A DNA stretch of 64,000 nucleotides, taken from assembly GCA_051294375.1 (NCBI GenBank), contig CM119264.1:29949693-30013692 (forward strand). Reading direction: 5' to 3'. Made by a program: the position numbers and the translations under genes. Numbering within the stretch: the first letter of the stretch is position 1; each line of letters starts with the position of its first letter. The notes under the pieces were generated by a model. That model searched no databases and was not told the DNA's origin. It saw only the letters and a program-made list of their open reading frames with translations. This DNA is from Paraspadella gotoi. Taxonomy: Eukaryota; Animalia; Chaetognatha. Shown in pieces: positions 61,301 through 64,000 of this stretch.

Positions 61301-63149
61301 CATCTTGAACAGAAAAAGCTACCTTTGCTCCTTCTCGACCTTTTCCCTCTGATCCTTGATGAACTTGTCCATCCTGGCTTTTCGTTTCTGAATCTTTTCG
61401 TCGGTGAGATGCTTCGTTCGATCAAAGTCCACTTTGATATCCGCCATCCAGCAACGGGGTTCCGCGCGAACGCTTTCCGTCTGAAGAGGAAATGAAGAAG
61501 GGATTAATGTATCAGTTACAAATTTATCAATTACCAATATTGAATATTACGTTAAATAATAATATGACCTCCTTTGGTGCGGATTTTTCCTTGTCGTTTT
61601 TATTTTCTTTCGCCTTGGATGCATCGTCGTCGCTGAGACCCAACATTGTCTTCCAATCTTCGTCCTTCTTTCCTGTCGTCGTCATTGTCGTCGTCTCATC
61701 CTTTTTCGACTTTTCTTCATCTTCCTTTTCCTCCCCCACTTCCTCCCCCTCATCTCCTCCCTTCTCTTCCTCTTTGTCCTTGGCTTCGGCCGACGCGGGT
61801 TTGGGGATCACGATTGGCGGAGGTTTTTCCCGGTAGACGAGTTTCATCCCTCGGAGGGCGTCCATGGCCTGGAAGATTAGATTCACGTCAAACGGTGTAA
61901 TCAATAAGGTAAAATCTGGAGGAAAAATTGATTATTTATTGAATGAATGGATAATTAATTATTAAAAGCATGTAAGTAAACCGATTTCATCAAAATATTC
62001 AAAATAGAGAATAACTGGATTTAACTTTATTGTAAAAGCAAAAAGAATTAAGTTTTGTCTTGAGGCCATGTTAAGGTTTGTAAAGATAAGGAGTAAGGAG
62101 TAAAGCGAAGATCTACATTTCCCAATACAATAAGTGCCTTTCTTCACCTTTACAAAGGAGATGTACTCGACGAACTGAATGTAAGCTTCGAAAGTGAGAT
62201 GAGCGTCGAAAGTAGAGAAACTCTGCGCCTCCTTCATCTGATTCCGACGATAAGGATCCAAAACGGGAATGTCAACGCAACGGATCTCGCCAAAGCTTTC
62301 GAACACCTGGAAAATATTAAATTATCAAAATTAATTATTAAATTAATAGACTAAAAAGGCTAAATTAAAATTTTACCCTTTGCAGGACGTGAGGCGAAGG
62401 TCGGTCTGTCTGTGGAAAACGTGAATCGTAGAACCATTTGCAGGGAAGCAATTCGAGATGAATCGTGTCGGGACGCTCCCCTGTAACAGATCACATCTAT
62501 AAAATACTAAATATATAATATGTAATCATGTATATAATTGTTATTTAATAATATATACATCTTTGCAGTGACTCCAACCTGGCATCATCTCATTCATTTC
62601 CTTGGAATCCCTGAAGAAAGAATCCCAGTCGTGTCTCAAGGGAAAGGGGAGACGAGCTTCGGCCGCCTTCACTTTCAAAATCTCCGTGAAGCCAGAGAGT
62701 TTGATCGTCCCGCTGTCGATCCGAGACAGGACATTTTTCATGATAACTTTACTCTGGAATAAAATCCAAATAAGCCATTAAACGAATCGTTTCATTTAAT
62801 TAGTGAATTAATAATTTAAACCCATACCTCTACTTCAGCTTCGAAACGCACGAAATCCATGGTGCTTTTGGCGACTTTAATCATCGTAAAAATGTCAGGT
62901 TTTGCCATCGATTTGATTTTTTCCATCACTTCCCAGTTGGAGATGGATTTTCCGGGTTCGGAGAGGTGAGGCAGTTGGACGCTGATGTTTAATCGCGCAA
63001 TGGGCTTTAGAAACAATCCCTGAAGGAGAGAAATACGTTATTTAGGACATAACCGACCAAAACAGAGATAAAAACGAGGCGACACTTACCTGTAATTTGT
63101 ACAATTCTTCCAAATCGCTGGTATCGGTAAGAACGCTTGGCCCAGACAT
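58307..63149 (-). CDS. AKAP17A: A-kinase anchor protein 17A (XE7/SFRS17A), about 16 exons
   Basis: GLFLKPIARLNISVQLP...KSISNWEVMEKIK, FPLRHDWDSFFRDSKEMNEMMPGERPDTIHL, FGEIRCVDIPVLDPYR, FEAYIQFVEY and IKVDFDRTKHL, followed by a coiled-coil and an R/S/D-rich tail. Confidence 0.95.
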
Positions 63150-63819
63150 TTTTGCTATTTTAAAATATCTTCGAAAGATGACCTAATTATAAGACAGAAA
63201 TAAATCGCACGAATAATACGACATTTATCCCCCAAACTAACTAGTCGACCATTTCACGTTTTCACAGCAACATAAATTTTCGTTGCTCGTCTGCTTCTTC
63301 AAATCTCGAGAAAGGACGCATCAGCAGAAGCACGGGAGAGTGGGCCGCAGCAGAAGACCTGCTGCTCTGCCGCGTTTGAGGATATGAAAAAAAATAGTGT
63401 ATTCAATAGAATTATAAGAATAACAAGAGTTTGTTTGTATAGAGTCACGAAAAAACGTTTTTTCCAGTCGTCAGTCACATATGTGTGAATCCGGTAATAC
63501 TGTACAGAATTATCTGAAGCTGCTGTAGTTATCAAAATACTGCTGCTTCGGAGGCTGTGGCGGCGGCGGAGGCAGCTCGAGCTGCAGCGGTTACTAAGAA
63601 ACGTCTCCACAAACGAACATAGTATCTAAGCTCTTTTTGCGATGAGGACGCGAACTCACCTTTTTGCATCATGAGAATATTAAATAACACTTTGATATTT
63701 ATTTTGAGGATTTCTGCAGAAAAAATTTCTATTTTCTGTTAGCCTTCACTTGTAAGTTTCTTTTTCCGTTCCAGAAAAAAAAGATTTACTCGTCCGTACA
63801 GTTTTTATCAATTATAATC

Positions 63820-64000
63820 ATGTCAACGAACGCCGATGCTTTCAAAGAGATTTTGCCGAAAACTGGTCTACTCCATCACGAAGCGACGTACAACTTTGTA
63901 CTTTGTAAGCCGAAAATCATGCCACTCAAATCAATCACCTTGGAGAAACTTGAAAAAATGCAAAAGGAAGCCCAAGAACTCATTAGAGAGCAAAGCACGA
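63820..64000 (+). CDS. BBIP1: BBSome-interacting protein 1 (BBIP10/BBS18), truncated by the window end
   Basis: [53 protein letters not shown] matches the family motif EVLPKQG...[21 protein letters not shown]. It is absent from the ORF track because there is no stop in the window. Confidence 0.93.
   Translation, partial: MSTNADAFKEILPKTGLLHHEATYNFVLCKPKIMPLKSITLEKLEKMQKEAQELIREQST

Overview
Gapped, microsatellite-rich genomic DNA from an invertebrate animal; the species cannot be determined from the sequence. Most ORFs in the supplied track are spurious, and the real genes are multi-exon. On the + strand there is an ENTPD5/6-like (GDA1/CD39) nucleoside diphosphatase gene (about 8.6-26.4 kb) with an intronic DIRS1-type tyrosine-recombinase retrotransposon, and the start of BBIP1 at the right edge. 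On the - strand there are five co-oriented genes: AKAP17A, an NR2C (TR2/TR4-like) nuclear receptor, a two-exon CDC14 phosphatase, an ankyrin-repeat protein and a claudin/PMP22-family protein. Notable observations are: repeated tandem duplications centred on splice sites in four genes; a candidate GA-AG intron plus two GC-AG introns; a dense cluster of nuclear-receptor response elements upstream of the nuclear receptor gene itself; an unusually long C-terminal tail on that receptor; a twister-ribozyme-like motif near base 430; and a strongly structured intronic element. About 5.4-8.6 kb and 15-23.6 kb look like error-rich long-read gap fills, so frameshifts and local duplications there are unreliable. 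All gene models and homology calls come from manual translation and remembered family motifs, not from database searches.
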